Positions 11,256 through 23,012 are shown, numbered from the whole stretch's first letter. The stretch: DNA of 62,548 bases, filler included, from 13 parts of 13 records of this genome joined end to end with filler, not necessarily neighbours in it, one strand, 5' to 3'. Notes: a model not told the origin generated them from the sequence alone. Numbers and translations are program-made.

Positions 11256-13076
11256 TTAGAGCAAGTTCCTAGGAGTGGGGCCGTCACTGGGTTGTTGTGG
11301 GATCCGGTCCGGATTCAAGTCCTCTTCCATCACGTCCTTGAGCGGCTTACCGAGCGTCTCCTCGAGCAGCTGCAACGTGAGCAGGCCCGCACTGAACGCC
11401 ACGCATCCGAATACTAGCAGCGCCACAGAGATGGGGCCCATGCTCGTTGCCTGGCCTGTCTCAAACCAGCAGGCGACCGGCTCTCACCAGAGGCGCGAGC
11501 ACCCCGCCTATCCGAGCAAACACGTTGCAACACCCTAGCCCGATCCCCCGTACGCTGGTAGGGAACAGCTCTCCCTGCCCGGGCCTTCAGCGGGGCTCGG
11601 AGTGCGAGCCACCGCAAACACATACACCGACACGAAAGCGCCGGCTGCGCCGAGCTTGCCGATCTGGCACAGAGAGTTATCCGGGCAGAGCTAGCCGGGG
11701 CACCATCGACATGGCGGTCTGAGCGGTCTGGCCCGCATCGACGGCGTTGAGCACGATTATAAGGATCAGCGAGATGCCTGCAGCAAGGAAGTTGCCAGCC
11801 TGGGTGTTCCGCCGAGCCAGGCTGCACCGGGCTCAGGCGCGGGGCTGCTGGAGGCACCTGGGGGTCTCGAGCGCGAAGTGGCAGATCAGGTAGGCCGGCA
11901 TCTCGGCCAAAGCGAGCAGAATCGTGTTGGAGTACACCGATCCTGGCATGCTCCCGGCCCCAAACGACAACCCATAGTACACAAACGTCACGGCAAACCA
12001 GCAGAAGAAGAGCCCGAGCGCCTGGCAACGCAGGGACGGCCGCATCAGCCGAATGAGCGCGTTCAGCATGGAGTCGTTTACAGGCTCGGCAGCCTCGGCG
12101 TTGCTGCTGTGCCTCGGAGAGAGCACAGGATCCTGGGTGGTCCGCTGCAGGCACAGCGAGTCGTCCATCACCGCCCCGTTCACCCTGGCTACAACCCCGA
12201 GCACCAGTTCGGCCTTCTCTACCTGCCAGCCGAGCTCAGACCAGCCGAGGCAGGGGGGGGGGCCTGCCCCACAGTGCTCAGCCATCTGGGGGACTCGTGC
12301 ACCAGCCTGAAGCAGCACAGGAACAGCACGGCCGGCAGGCAGTCAAACAGCAGCTCGACCCGCCAGCTGGCGTCTCGCAGGAACCAAGCCACCACCGCGA
12401 GGCCCACAATCCCGATCGCGAAGAAAGCGTTTGCCAGGTTTGTCATCGGGCCACGCTGCTCTGGGGGCATGAACTCTATCATCAGCACGTATCCTGTGGC
12501 GCCCATCCCACCCAGACAGGCGCCGAGCAGCAGCCGACAGCAGGCATAAACCCAGAACTCGGGGGAGAGGGCCGAGCCTACCGAGATCGCCGTCGATGCC
12601 AGGCAGGATGAGAACAATATCGGCTTGCGTCCGAACCGGTCGGCCAGTCGAGTCCAAATGAAGGCGCCGACGCCCCACCCGAGGAATGTGAGCGAGGAGG
12701 TGAGGCTCATGGCCTCCTTGCTCACGCCTAGATCGTCCTGGATCTTGGGGTTTAGAAAGACCGGCTGGACCACCCAGAACGCCGACACGACTCCGTAGAC
12801 CAGCACCCCGATCAGCCCGAGCACCCGGAGCTGGAACTTGCCAAACCCGCCCGCCGACACCAGCCACTCGTCCACCGTGACCACGCCGTCTACTCCGAAG
12901 TGCCGCGGGGTGGCCGCCAGCTCGACCAGCGTCTCGGCCTGAGTCGGCGGCAGCCCCGGGTCCAGCGCGACCGACTCCTCCAGCTCGACACTCGTCGTGT
13001 GCGACGGCGTGTCCAAAGTGCGGGTGGCCATCTTCTCCGCCTGGAACCACGCCCCGCCAGCTGCAGGCTCCGTCAT
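11256..13076 (-). CDS. SLC22/MFS organic cation transporter-like protein
   Basis: GGFGKFQ, LADRFGRKP, ESPRWL, FVYYGLS, ELFPTSVR and LEETLGKPL motifs across several short introns. Confidence 0.9.
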
Positions 13077-13136
13077 TCCTGCCACAGCGGTTGGCTGATC
13101 GATCTGCTGCTTCCGGCCGGTTTGTCAGTTATCGAT

Positions 13137-14013
13137 ATGGGGTGAGGTTTCCCGCGGCGCGTCGCGACCGGGCCGGCAGGTGCGGCGGTCCAGGGGAGGA
13201 GAAGCCTGTGCAATCGGCCAGGGAAGCCGAAGTCGAAGCCGGCCCGACCAAGACCGAGCTCTCTCGCAAGGCCTTCCTGGTCAATGTGTTCAAGTTCACC
13301 GGTGCGCTCGGTTTGGGCGCTTGGGCGAGCCTCCGGTGCAGACACAAACAATAACGGGTCCCTGACCAAGGACGAGCTGGTCGCCGTGTTCGGGGAGTCG
13401 TACGGCGGCAAAGCCGCCAGCTGGTTTGACAAGGATACGGTGGCCTGGACCCGGGGCCGGCGGGCCGACCGGCGGGCAGATGAGCTGCGCCGAGTTTATA
13501 GCAAAAGTAATGCCTGAGCTCAAGGACGTGAAGGACTCGGACTTTATCGTGGAGGCCAAGAAAGTGTTGCTCAAGGTCAAGCGCAACACACAGAAGGACG
13601 TGAGCGTGTTGCGGGTGGAGTGCGATAAGCTGTGGAACGTGGATATGCGGAGCAACGCCCGTTATAAGATCCTGGTTATGGTGTTTGGGCTGGCAGGTGA
13701 GGGGCCGGTCGAAGGGGGCTCACCAGGGGGGGCAGATGAAAACAATGACGGCGTGATCACTGAGGAAGAGCAGATGTCGTTCCATGGCAAGGGGGTGGAG
13801 GCTACTATCTTTGAGGAGATCGACTCCAACCAGGACGGTCAAACCACTGTGTCGGAGTGGGCGTACTACCACATGCCCAGCCTGTGCCCGGACGAGTGCG
13901 ACGAGGCCAAGTTCCGTGAGAAGGTTGCCAAGCTTATGGAGGCCAACAATGAGAACTATCACGTCGACCAGGACAAGCTCAACGCAGTCAAGACCCAGCT
14001 CGGAGCGCTCTAG
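13137..14013 (+). CDS. Acylated EF-hand calcium-binding protein
   Basis: Spliced start MG-CGG; EF loops DTNNNGSLTKDE, DENNDGVITEEE and DSNQDGQTTVSE; four GT-AG introns of about 38-40 nt (e.g. 13440-13479). Confidence 0.85.
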
Positions 14014-14272
14014 AAACCTCCAAACAGCGTTGTAGTATTGCTTTGCAGCCGCGGTGAAACCACTGCATGAGAACGTGAACGAACCCCTGGCTGGTAATAG
14101 AAAATGCGAGTACAAGTATACGAGTACCGTATGCAAATATGATAAAAGGATTATACAAGCGGAGTTTACAGGNNNNNNNNNNNNNNNNNNNNNNNNNNNN
14201 NNNNNNNNNNNNNNNNTTAATTAATTAANNNNNNNNNNNNNNNNNNNNNNNNNNNNNNNNNNNNNNNNNNNN

Positions 14273-14404
14273 GGCGATCAGCCCGGCCACGAGCAGGCCG
14301 AGGAGGATCAGCGGGCCCAGCCAGGAGTCCTCCCAATCCTCCTCCTCGCGCGCCGCCTCCGGCTCGGACGGCAGCATCCGCTCCTCGAGCTCGGCAGAGA
14401 CCAT
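14273..14404 (-). CDS. N-terminal fragment of a membrane protein (truncated)
   Basis: MVSAELEERMLPSEPEAAREEEDWEDSWLGPLILLGLLVAGLIA running into the linker. Confidence 0.5.
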
Positions 14405-14481
14405 GTCTCTGCTCGTTTGCGCGCGCGCGATCGCCCCAACTGACTTCCGTTTTTGCGTTTCTACATGTTTTTTCTACAAGT

Positions 14482-15844
14482 ATGGCCCGGCTGCTGAAGC
14501 CCGCGTGCGGCCTCGTGCACAGCTGCCGCCCGTCTCGCATCCTACGACGCCCTCATGTCGAGAACCGCTCAAACTGCCCTCACTTGCTGGGAGCGCAGCA
14601 TAGCGTTGCACCTGCAGACATAGTGTTTCGTCCGAACTGCGCGGTTGCAAGGATGCCTTCGAGCGCGTCTCCCCTGGACCCCAGCGAGTCTCTCTCGCCT
14701 AAGACAGAGCAGATCGTCGAGGGCAGCGCGCCAGTCGAGCAGGGGTACGAGCTGGAGCTGCGCCACAAGATCGAGGCTACCGGAGTGCTCGCCAAGTGCG
14801 GCGGGCTGCTCGGCTGGTCGCTGCTGATCCTCTGCTGGGCGAGCTTGATCTGGCTGCCGGCGCTCGCGCTCACGGTCGGGATCCGTGTGCGCCGCGAGGG
14901 CCCAAAACCACATCTAATGGCAGCCTCCGCTGCGGTATGCGCCGCCTATCTGTCGCCGCTCGTGGCCGATCTTGGGGAAGGCAGCCTCAGGCCTCTGCTT
15001 CGGAGCTGGCTCTCATTCTTTCGATCGGTAGAGCTCTGGCTGCCCAAAGGGGCGATATCGCCGGAGCGGGCCACACTCTACTGCTACCACCCGCACGGGG
15101 TGTTCAGCGTGGGGAGCACAGCGCTCAGCCTGGCTGAGGATGAGTTGTTTGCGGGCGGGGTGGTGGCGCTTGCTTCTGAGTACATCCACCGCTTGGGGCC
15201 GCTGCTCACGAGCATGATCAAGTGCACCGGGCCACGCGGGCTCCGGATCGATGGCGTGAGCCGCGAGTCCTTCCACCGGGTTCTCGAATCCGGGCAGAAC
15301 GCCTTCTTTGTGCCTGGAGGTGGCTCGGATCGTTTGCTAGTTGGTAATGATCACTGCTATGCAGGTGTGCAGGAAGCGACGCTCACTTGCTCAGGTCGCA
15401 AGTTACGAGCATGCATACACTCATGATCACTGTGCAGGTCACGAGCGGCTTTGGCTCCGGCGGCGGCGAGGCTTTGTCAAATATGCGCTCCAGCACGGCT
15501 ACTCGCTCACTCCGATCTACGCGTTCGGCGAGACTGATACCTACAACAACGTGCAAGGTGGGATGGGCTGGCGGCTCTGGCTTAACAAAGGGATGCTGGG
15601 CTCAACTCAAGGCATCCCAACGGTGCTGCCTTACGGCTGGTGGATGTTCCCGTTGGTTCCAAATCCGAGTGTCCGCCTGATTGTGGTGGTTGGCCCGCCG
15701 CTGAAGCTGCCGCATATTACTGAGCCTTCTAGCGACGATATTGAGCGGTGGCATGCAGCATATGTAGATGCGATCACGCGATTGTACTCAACAGCTATAG
15801 ACCAGATTGAAGATACGCAAGCACGCCCACTTGAGATCTTCTAG
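14482..15844 (+). CDS. Diacylglycerol/monoacylglycerol acyltransferase (DGAT2 family)
   Basis: YHPHG, FVPGGVQE (intron 15320-15364), RRGFVKYALQHGYSLTPIYAFGE (after intron 15395-15437), VVVGPPL. Start could alternatively be 14653. Confidence 0.9.
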
Positions 15845-17669
15845 ATTAAAAATCAATGTTCTTCTCATAATCTTAGTACATGGATCGCCTAGTATCGCTA
15901 TTATCGCCTACTAATGCAACTAAGCTATATTAATTAGTAACAATTACTAAAGTAAAGATTTCATAGGTCATGATCATACGAGTACTACTATAACAAAATA
16001 ATAGTTTGGAATAATTATACGAGCTTTTAGTTTACGGTATTAATGGTAGTCTTTGCAGTGTGGCTTCGATGTGTCATCCTCTGGGTTGGGGTGAAGCCAC
16101 TTTGATTAAAGTGGCAGTGCGGGACCCCATGGCCAATTGTCAGGACTCTGCCTGCAATTGGAGAATTCTAGAGTGAATTCTAGATCTAGAGTGATCATGA
16201 ATCAGCTGAACTAGTACTGAATATATAACGATAGATATCTAACAGGCCTGGCGATGGCGAGGTGGTCGCCTCACAACCTGCTCACGGGTGGCTGCCGAGG
16301 TTGCCATGTGGCAGTGAGCACAGAGGGCGAGTTGGCGCCATGGGTTTTTGGCTCAGAAGTGCTCCCGGCTGATCTTCAACTCGCCCACACGCCATATGCA
16401 TGGCAGAGCAAATTGATTATGAATCGATTATGATTTTTTTTTTTCGACATCTGTGTCAGATTTAACGGCAGGGTAGGAACTAGAGTAGGGTACATGTAGG
16501 AACTTACTTGAAGGGTGTAGTGTAAGCTTAATTCATTTGTACCTGGGCGCCTGGGGAGGGGTTACCCCTGGCTCCCTGTTTTTGGTGTGGGCGTTTACAC
16601 TCAACCGGGTCTCCATTTGTGTGCGGCTTCGGTGTTTAGCTTACGTTAATTAAACCAACTTGCATTAATTGCGAAGTATCAGAAAGTACCAGTATGTACT
16701 GCTTAAAAGCTGACTTACAGACTAATACATGTAGAAGCTTTATGTGCTTACACATGTATATGTGAGCTATGCTGAATAACATAGCATATAAAGATCATGT
16801 GCCATGAGTGACACACAATCAAGTCATAAAACTTAGCACGCCTCCTTGTCACGAAGGGTGCTGAAGACAAGTAGAACAATATATAATTGTCTGAAAAAGT
16901 CCGTTAGAACTGGCTGGCTGGCCGGTCAGAAATTGCATAGGGCTGGCGGTTGGAATAAACTTGAAAACTTCAAAGCTTGATCGAATCGAAAAGGAAAGTT
17001 GCGCTGCATCCTAGAAGGTGTAGGCAAAGTGTGTAAATGTTTTGAAGTTTTGAACTTGAAGTTTGAGAGCAAATTCAAAGCACGAAAATGTGCAACAAGG
17101 TTGTTGTAGCTCTGCAACAGAGCTGTTGTGGCTGCATGCTTGTCGATGTATGATCGATGCAACGCCTCCTCAATGGTCGCTGTGGTTGAAGAGCAACTTG
17201 GGTGTAGCTTGAGTGATGTATTTGTTCACCGAAAGTGTGAACGTAGTTGATTTGAAATCAAAATGTCGAATGTGCGACAGACTGCAACAAGGCTGTTGCG
17301 GAGTAACAAAATGTTACTTGAGTGCCTCTTGCGTTGGCTCTATAGTTGTAGCTTTGGCTTTGGATGTGGCTCTGGCTTCCAATGGCTCTGGCTCTCGCTC
17401 TAGCTCTTACGTGCTTACTGTGGCTCTTGCTCGGGCTTGGTGTCGAATGCACGACTAGCTGCAACAAGGCTGTTGCAGAGTAACGAATTGTTACTTGTGA
17501 CCCTCTATACGCCTCCTCGGACTTGACGGTCGAGCCGCTTAACATGAGTGAAAGCGGAAAGGGATTGGGAGTGAAGACGCGGAGATGCGGCTGAAGGGTG
17601 GGGCAACGCACGCCCAATGTGCGTGGCAATGCCAATTGCTCGGGTGCAGTGGTCAAACTTGGGGGCAGA

Positions 17670-18350
17670 AAATTGCTGCCATAACGTGTGTGGCGACCCA
17701 AATGGGTGTAACAGCCGTGCTCTACGCGAGGCGTAGGTGGAGGTAGGCTATTTGAAACCTTCTTGGGTCTCAGTATTCATTGAGATCGGTGCCCAAAGTG
17801 CTCGCAACAATGTTGTTGCAGAGAGACGGCAATGCAGTTGCTGAACTTTGATGCAGTAAAATGCCATGATATCGTTTGGGATGGCCCAAATGTATGTCAC
17901 AGGCGTGTTCTACATGAAGCGTAGATGGAGTTAGGCTATTGAAAACCTTCTTGGATCTCAGTATTGACTGAGTTGTGATGCTTGAAGTCTCCGCAACAAG
18001 GCTGTTGCAGAAGCACGGCAATGCAGCCATAAAACTTCAGAGCCATAAATCGGCGCAATAACTTTTGCGACGAGCCAAACGGCATCCACAGGCGTGTCCG
18101 CCGTGAAAAGTAGATAAACATAGGCTATTGAAAGCCTTGTTAGGTCCCAGTATTGATTGAGACACGATGCTCGAAGCCTTCACAACAGAGCTGTTGCAGA
18201 AAGGCGGCAGTGCTGCCATAGAACTTCAGAGCAGTAAATCGTCGCGATAACATTAGCGGCGACCTGAATGGAGGTCATAGTTGTATTCTCCGTGAAATGT
18301 AGGTGAAGTTAAGTGTGAATAACTTCTCTTGAACTCAAATATCAACTGAG
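17670..18350. repeat. Degenerate ~189-bp tandem repeat, about 3.5 copies
   Basis: AGGCTATT(T/G)..A.CCTT at 17745, 17933, 18122; (G/A)CAACA..G.TGTTGCAGA at 17804, 17993, 18182. Confidence 0.85.
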
Positions 18351-19407
18351 ATGAGGTGAGTTGATGTGAGGGGGGTCGATGATACGATTGTTCGCAACAA
18401 TGCAGTTGCGGTGTAACTAAGTGTTACTTGTAGCCCTTGTGGCATAGAGAGGTCGGTAGAGAGCTTACCCTTGCCCGTCGGGGGTCTCAACCAACGACTC
18501 AACCAACTCATTCACGATGCGGGGTGAGTATAGGGGCGTGTGAAGCTTGAGGTAGCTTGATTGCAACAATGCAGTTGCCGCCTGCAACAGGTCTGTTGCG
18601 AGGTCTTAGCGTCACAACCAGGCGTCTAGACGCGAAGTCCTTTGGTGTGCGCTTGCTGTCGGACGGGTACTCAAAGTGCCCCGGAGCTAGGTGCGGTAGG
18701 ATGCTCCTACACGCGGTGAGGACTTCCTTAAGGTCCTGATGTGGTCAAATTAAGGAAGAGATCAGCTGCCTTTTGACGATTGTGTGTGTCTCCAACGAGG
18801 GCTGACGAGGCTCTAACTCGGTGGGAAGTTGCCCTGAGGTCCGTGGACGAAGTCCAAAGGGCTGGGGAGCGCGGAGAAGGCCGCGGTCCTTGGTTTTAGC
18901 GCGAACAAGGCGCTTGGAGAGGGCTGATGGCCCACACCTGCTGGAGCAGAGAGACAAGCATGACTCTTAATCTGCTGAGAAGTGGCACTTGGTTGAGAGG
19001 TGACCACGGGCCTCAGTGCATGCACTTCAGTTTTGTGATGATTTATTAATAGATGATTTCTAGCTTATNNNNNNNNNNNNNNNNNNNNNNNNNNNNNNNN
19101 NNNNNNNNNNNNTTAATTAATTAANNNNNNNNNNNNNNNNNNNNNNNNNNNNNNNNNNNNNNNNNNNNCACACCGGTCCCATCAGCGTTGCCGCGTCAAA
19201 ATTACAAGTGATCAATACCTAATCAATACTGCAGTTTATTTGACCGTTCGAAGTGGCGAGAGCCTTGCTGGGCATCGATCGGTGAAAAGTGAAGCCTAGG
19301 TCATACAATTAATAATAATTATTGTTTCGAATTCAGTGGGCTGTTGCAGCCCCATGCCTTTGCCTTTGAGGGTGGGAGTCGTTGGGATTCGCTTTGCTGC
19401 AAAAACA

Positions 19408-21456
19408 ATGAAGTCGATCATCCAGGAGCAGGGCTTCGTCCCACGGGGGAAGGGGGGAGGTGGCACGCGCGCGGGCAAGGGATCCGGAGGCAAGGGGTTC
19501 ACGCCACGAGGGAGCCCGACACCGTCCGGCCTCACCAGAGCACTCACCCCGCGAGGCCGCCCGGCCCCGTCTGGATTGACAGCCCGAGCAATAGGAGCCC
19601 AGAGCAATGGAGGTCCTGCGTCGCCAGCCACCCTCCGCGTGGCTTTGGCCATAGCCAGCGCGCCGCCGCTCACGCCCGCCGAGCGCGGAGCTGCCTGGCG
19701 GAGCCGCTCTGGGGTTCGGACGCAAGGCTGGATTGACCAGGGGAGCTATAAGGGCCCGGCTGTCAATGACGACGAGGGCGTCTATCATAGTCAGTCTCGT
19801 CGGGGGAGCAACGCTGGGTTGATGCCAATGCAGAGCCTCGGGCCACCACTGTCGCCCCTGACCTCCAGCTCCTTTGAGGCTCAGTCGCCGCTGCAAGTGA
19901 CGCCAGCTGAGCGTCTGAGGCTCCGGCAGCTCCGGCGAGAGCTTCACACTGTTACCATCGCCGGAGAGGGGCCTGCCCAGACAGGCCAGGCGCGGATGGA
20001 CTGGGTGGCCCAGTTGGTGAGGCGCAACTCTAGTCTGCTGCTCGCAGCTAGGCTCAGCCTGGTGTGCCGGGGCTGGGCGCAGGCTGCTGTGGTTGGAGCG
20101 TGCTACGTGCTGGCCACGACCAGAGTCGCCTGGTGGGAGGCCTCGGCGCGCAGCACGCACACGCTAGCCCAAGGCCGTGCCAGCCACGACCCGCTCTCGG
20201 TTGCACTGTCCTCGTGGAGGCCGCAGTCGAGCGAGAGGGTGCTTCGGGCGTTCAGGATCGGACTGGACCGGCAACGGCGCGGGACTGATCAGCCGCCGCT
20301 GATGAGCAGTCTGGAGCAGGTCACGAGTGCAGCTGCTCTGTCGCCGAGCCCGTGGAACAGGCAGACTGCGCCCGGACTCACATGGTTTCGAGCTTCGATG
20401 CCAGGCCCGTCAGTGGTGACCCTGCTCCACAAGACGAATGGCCGGGCCGAGGCAGCACCATTGAGTACTCTGCTGATGGACAAGTCGCTAGAGCAGCCGA
20501 TCACCATCTTGATGGTGGCCAGCATGGACGAGGAGGCCAATGGCCCTCTGCTCAGCAGCATCGACTCACGGCTGCAGATCACACTTGCAAGGCCAAGGCC
20601 GACTGACACTGATTACACCCGGATCAACCGATATCCCAGACCAGGCCTCTGCATGGTTGCTGACCAAGTGCCGCTAGACGCGGCATCTGGGGAATCGTCA
20701 GGCGCTGGAGTTTGTCCGAAGGGGCACCTGCTTGAGCCTTACACAGTGCTGACCCCCATCAAATCGGGTCTTATGATCATGTGTGACGTGTGCATGATGA
20801 AGCCCTGCCCTGTTGGAACAAGGATGCGCTCTTGCCACTCTGGCGAATGCGACTTTGACATCTGTGAGGCTTGCTTTCAAGGCCATTCGCCCATGGCGAA
20901 ATCATCGGATGGTCTGCCTCCTCCATTTCAGACAATTGTGGAAATGACCTCAGCCTCCTCCAGGCAGCAACAGCGCCAGCCGCTGCCACACCCTCCAGCA
21001 CGGCAGCAATGGGGTGGACGCAAGGGGATCTGGGCGGACTGTAGTCCGAACGTGCCTCACGTCATCTGTTGCGCATTCAATGGGGCAAGATCCGGGCTGC
21101 GGTTGGATGGCAAGCTCGTGGGGCTCGGCGATGCTGGAAATGCCCCCTTGGATGGTCTTGTTCTGGGTGCCAGCCAGCCAAGTGAGTTTGGCCATGGGTG
21201 CTCCAACATTGTGGCGGAGGTCATTGTGTTTAGTGGCTTGGTTCGCACGCACGACGTCAAGACACTCGAAAAGCGATTGATGGCAAAGCACTCGATCAAG
21301 ATGGCGCACGAGCGACAATCACAGCAAGACAACGTAGACTCGATGACACTCCCAGTCGAGATGCAGTTGGCCCGGTCGTCCGAGAGGCAACGAGCGCGCG
21401 ATCCGTCGGCAACTCCGACCTTTCGGAGTGCTATCGGAGTGCGTAGAGCGTACTAG
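19408..21456 (+). CDS. Hypothetical protein: possible F-box-like motif, ConA/LamG-like domain and ZZ-like zinc finger
   Basis: Long intronless ORF. LAARLSLVCRGW; CPKGH...CDVC...CHSGECDFDICEACF; LRLDGK...LVLGA...VAEVIVFSG...LEKRLMAKHSI. Confidence 0.6.
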   Translation: MKSIIQEQGFVPRGKGGGGTRAGKGSGGKGFTPRGSPTPSGLTRALTPRGRPAPSGLTARAIGAQSNGGPASPATLRVALAIASAPPLTPAERGAAWRSRSGVRTQGWIDQGSYKGPAVNDDEGVYHSQSRRGSNAGLMPMQSLGPPLSPLTSSSFEAQSPLQVTPAERLRLRQLRRELHTVTIAGEGPAQTGQARMDWVAQLVRRNSSLLLAARLSLVCRGWAQAAVVGACYVLATTRVAWWEASARSTHTLAQGRASHDPLSVALSSWRPQSSERVLRAFRIGLDRQRRGTDQPPLMSSLEQVTSAAALSPSPWNRQTAPGLTWFRASMPGPSVVTLLHKTNGRAEAAPLSTLLMDKSLEQPITILMVASMDEEANGPLLSSIDSRLQITLARPRPTDTDYTRINRYPRPGLCMVADQVPLDAASGESSGAGVCPKGHLLEPYTVLTPIKSGLMIMCDVCMMKPCPVGTRMRSCHSGECDFDICEACFQGHSPMAKSSDGLPPPFQTIVEMTSASSRQQQRQPLPHPPARQQWGGRKGIWADCSPNVPHVICCAFNGARSGLRLDGKLVGLGDAGNAPLDGLVLGASQPSEFGHGCSNIVAEVIVFSGLVRTHDVKTLEKRLMAKHSIKMAHERQSQQDNVDSMTLPVEMQLARSSERQRARDPSATPTFRSAIGVRRAY

Positions 21457-21552
21457 AGCGCCCGATTGCCGGGTGGAATGTCTTGAAAATATTTAAGTAT
21501 CAATTCATTACATTCAAATGAGTATTAAATTTATTAATCACTTTTAATAGGC

Positions 21553-22509
21553 TTACTCCCATGTGATGTTCATCCAAGATGGGTTGCAAAAGCGTTGATT
21601 CCGGTCGAGGGCGTTGATCTCCTCCATTGCTTCCGCACTCAGCTCGAAGTCATTCAGAGCAAAGTTCTCCTTGATCCTTGACTCCGTGCAGCTCTTTGGG
21701 ATGACAGCCACACCACGCTGCAAATTCCACTTGAGGACCACCTGAGCTGCCGTCTTGCCGAGCGAAGATGATATTTTCTCCACAACTGGGTCGAGCAGAA
21801 CGTTGTTCTCAGGCTCCCGGCGCGAGGGCTTGCCGATCGGGTGGTAGGCCACGGGTTTGATCCCTTGTTGCTCGCAGAACCGGACCAGCGCGGGCTGCGC
21901 CAAGTATGGGTGCAGCTCGAGTTGGTTGCAGTACGGTCGGATCCGGGGCCCCAGCGCTAGCAGCTCTTTCAGCTTGGTCAGCCCAAAGTTGGACACGCCG
22001 ATGTGCCGGACCAGCCCGCTGTCCACCAGCGCCTCCATCGCGGCCCAGGTGTCCGCCAGCGAATCGCTGCCGTCTGGGCTGCCCACGATTACTTTGCCCT
22101 GCCCGTCAAGCATCTCGGGTTGGGGCAGCCAGGCCACAGGCCAGTGGATCAGGTAGCAGTCCAAATATCCCACTCCGAGCTTGCTCAGCGAGCCTCGCAG
22201 CGCTGCGCGGATCTGGTCGGGTCTGTGGTGGTGGTTCCACAGCTTGGAGACCAGGTAGCAGCTCGACCGGGGCAGCAGCCGCACCGTGCGCCCGATCTGC
22301 TCCTCGTTCGAGTAGAGCTCCGCGCAGTCCAGGTGCCGGTACCCGTGCTCCCAGGCCACCTGGACCGCCGCACCGACCGCAGCCGGATCCTCGAAGTTGT
22401 TGAAGGTGCCGAACCCTATCGCTGGCATCTCGGGGCCCTCTCGCCGGCCCGACTGCCTGACTGCCCGGTGCAGCCCCGCGCAGACGCCTGCTCCGACCAA
22501 CCACTCCAT
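21553..22509 (-). CDS. Aldo/keto reductase
   Basis: MPAIGFGT, GYRHLDCAELYSNE, SKLWN, YLIHWP, IGVSNF, ELHPYL, IPKS. Confidence 0.95.
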   Translation of the reverse strand: MEWLVGAGVCAGLHRAVRQSGRREGPEMPAIGFGTFNNFEDPAAVGAAVQVAWEHGYRHLDCAELYSNEEQIGRTVRLLPRSSCYLVSKLWNHHHRPDQIRAALRGSLSKLGVGYLDCYLIHWPVAWLPQPEMLDGQGKVIVGSPDGSDSLADTWAAMEALVDSGLVRHIGVSNFGLTKLKELLALGPRIRPYCNQLELHPYLAQPALVRFCEQQGIKPVAYHPIGKPSRREPENNVLLDPVVEKISSSLGKTAAQVVLKWNLQRGVAVIPKSCTESRIKENFALNDFELSAEAMEEINALDRNQRFCNPSWMNITWE

Positions 22510-22620
22510 TCTCACCCCGGGTTCCGTTATTTCACCCGAATTCCCAGCCTCACCCAGCCTCACCCGGGGTCGCTTTCTTCGAGGCCCCAGGCGAGCGGGC
22601 CGTGGCGGCGCTGGGAGCTG

Positions 22621-22773
22621 ATGGAGGCGGTGCTCGGGCTGGACACGCTCCCGCGGGTGGTCCGGCAGCTGCCGGTGCACCCGCGCTGCTTCGCGCTGGC
22701 TGCCTGCACCGGGCGGGCGATGGCTGCGGCGGTGAAGGCGGCGCGCGAGGAGCTGGGCAAGCAGGTGTGCGAG
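22621..22773 (+). CDS. N-terminal fragment, possibly F-box-like (truncated)
   Basis: MEAVLGLDTLPRVVRQLP...ALAACTGRAM, open into the linker; divergent partner of the AKR gene. Confidence 0.4.
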
Positions 22774-23012
22774 NNNNNNNNNNNNNNNNNNNNNNNNNNN
22801 NNNNNNNNNNNNNNNNNTTAATTAATTAANNNNNNNNNNNNNNNNNNNNNNNNNNNNNNNNNNNNNNNNNNNNTGCAAGTCGACTGAATACATAGCGAAT
22901 AGAGCCAGACAGACACTGAGCAAGATAAGCAAGCCTTGGGCCCACTAAGGCCTACATGCACCTTGAGCTGACCAGAGAGCCCAAAACAGCTAACTCTTGA
23001 CAGATTCATGAT

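Noticed and set aside
16500-16610. Possible snRNA (T-run followed by a small hairpin)
   Set aside because: No U1 ACTTACCTG, U2, U5 loop I or U6 ACAGAGA signature could be matched by eye; an Infernal/Rfam search would be needed.
17085-18600. CRISPR array or integron attC array
   Set aside because: The palindromes are short and degenerate, the spacers are long and partly homologous to each other, no cas or integrase gene is present, and the context is eukaryotic.
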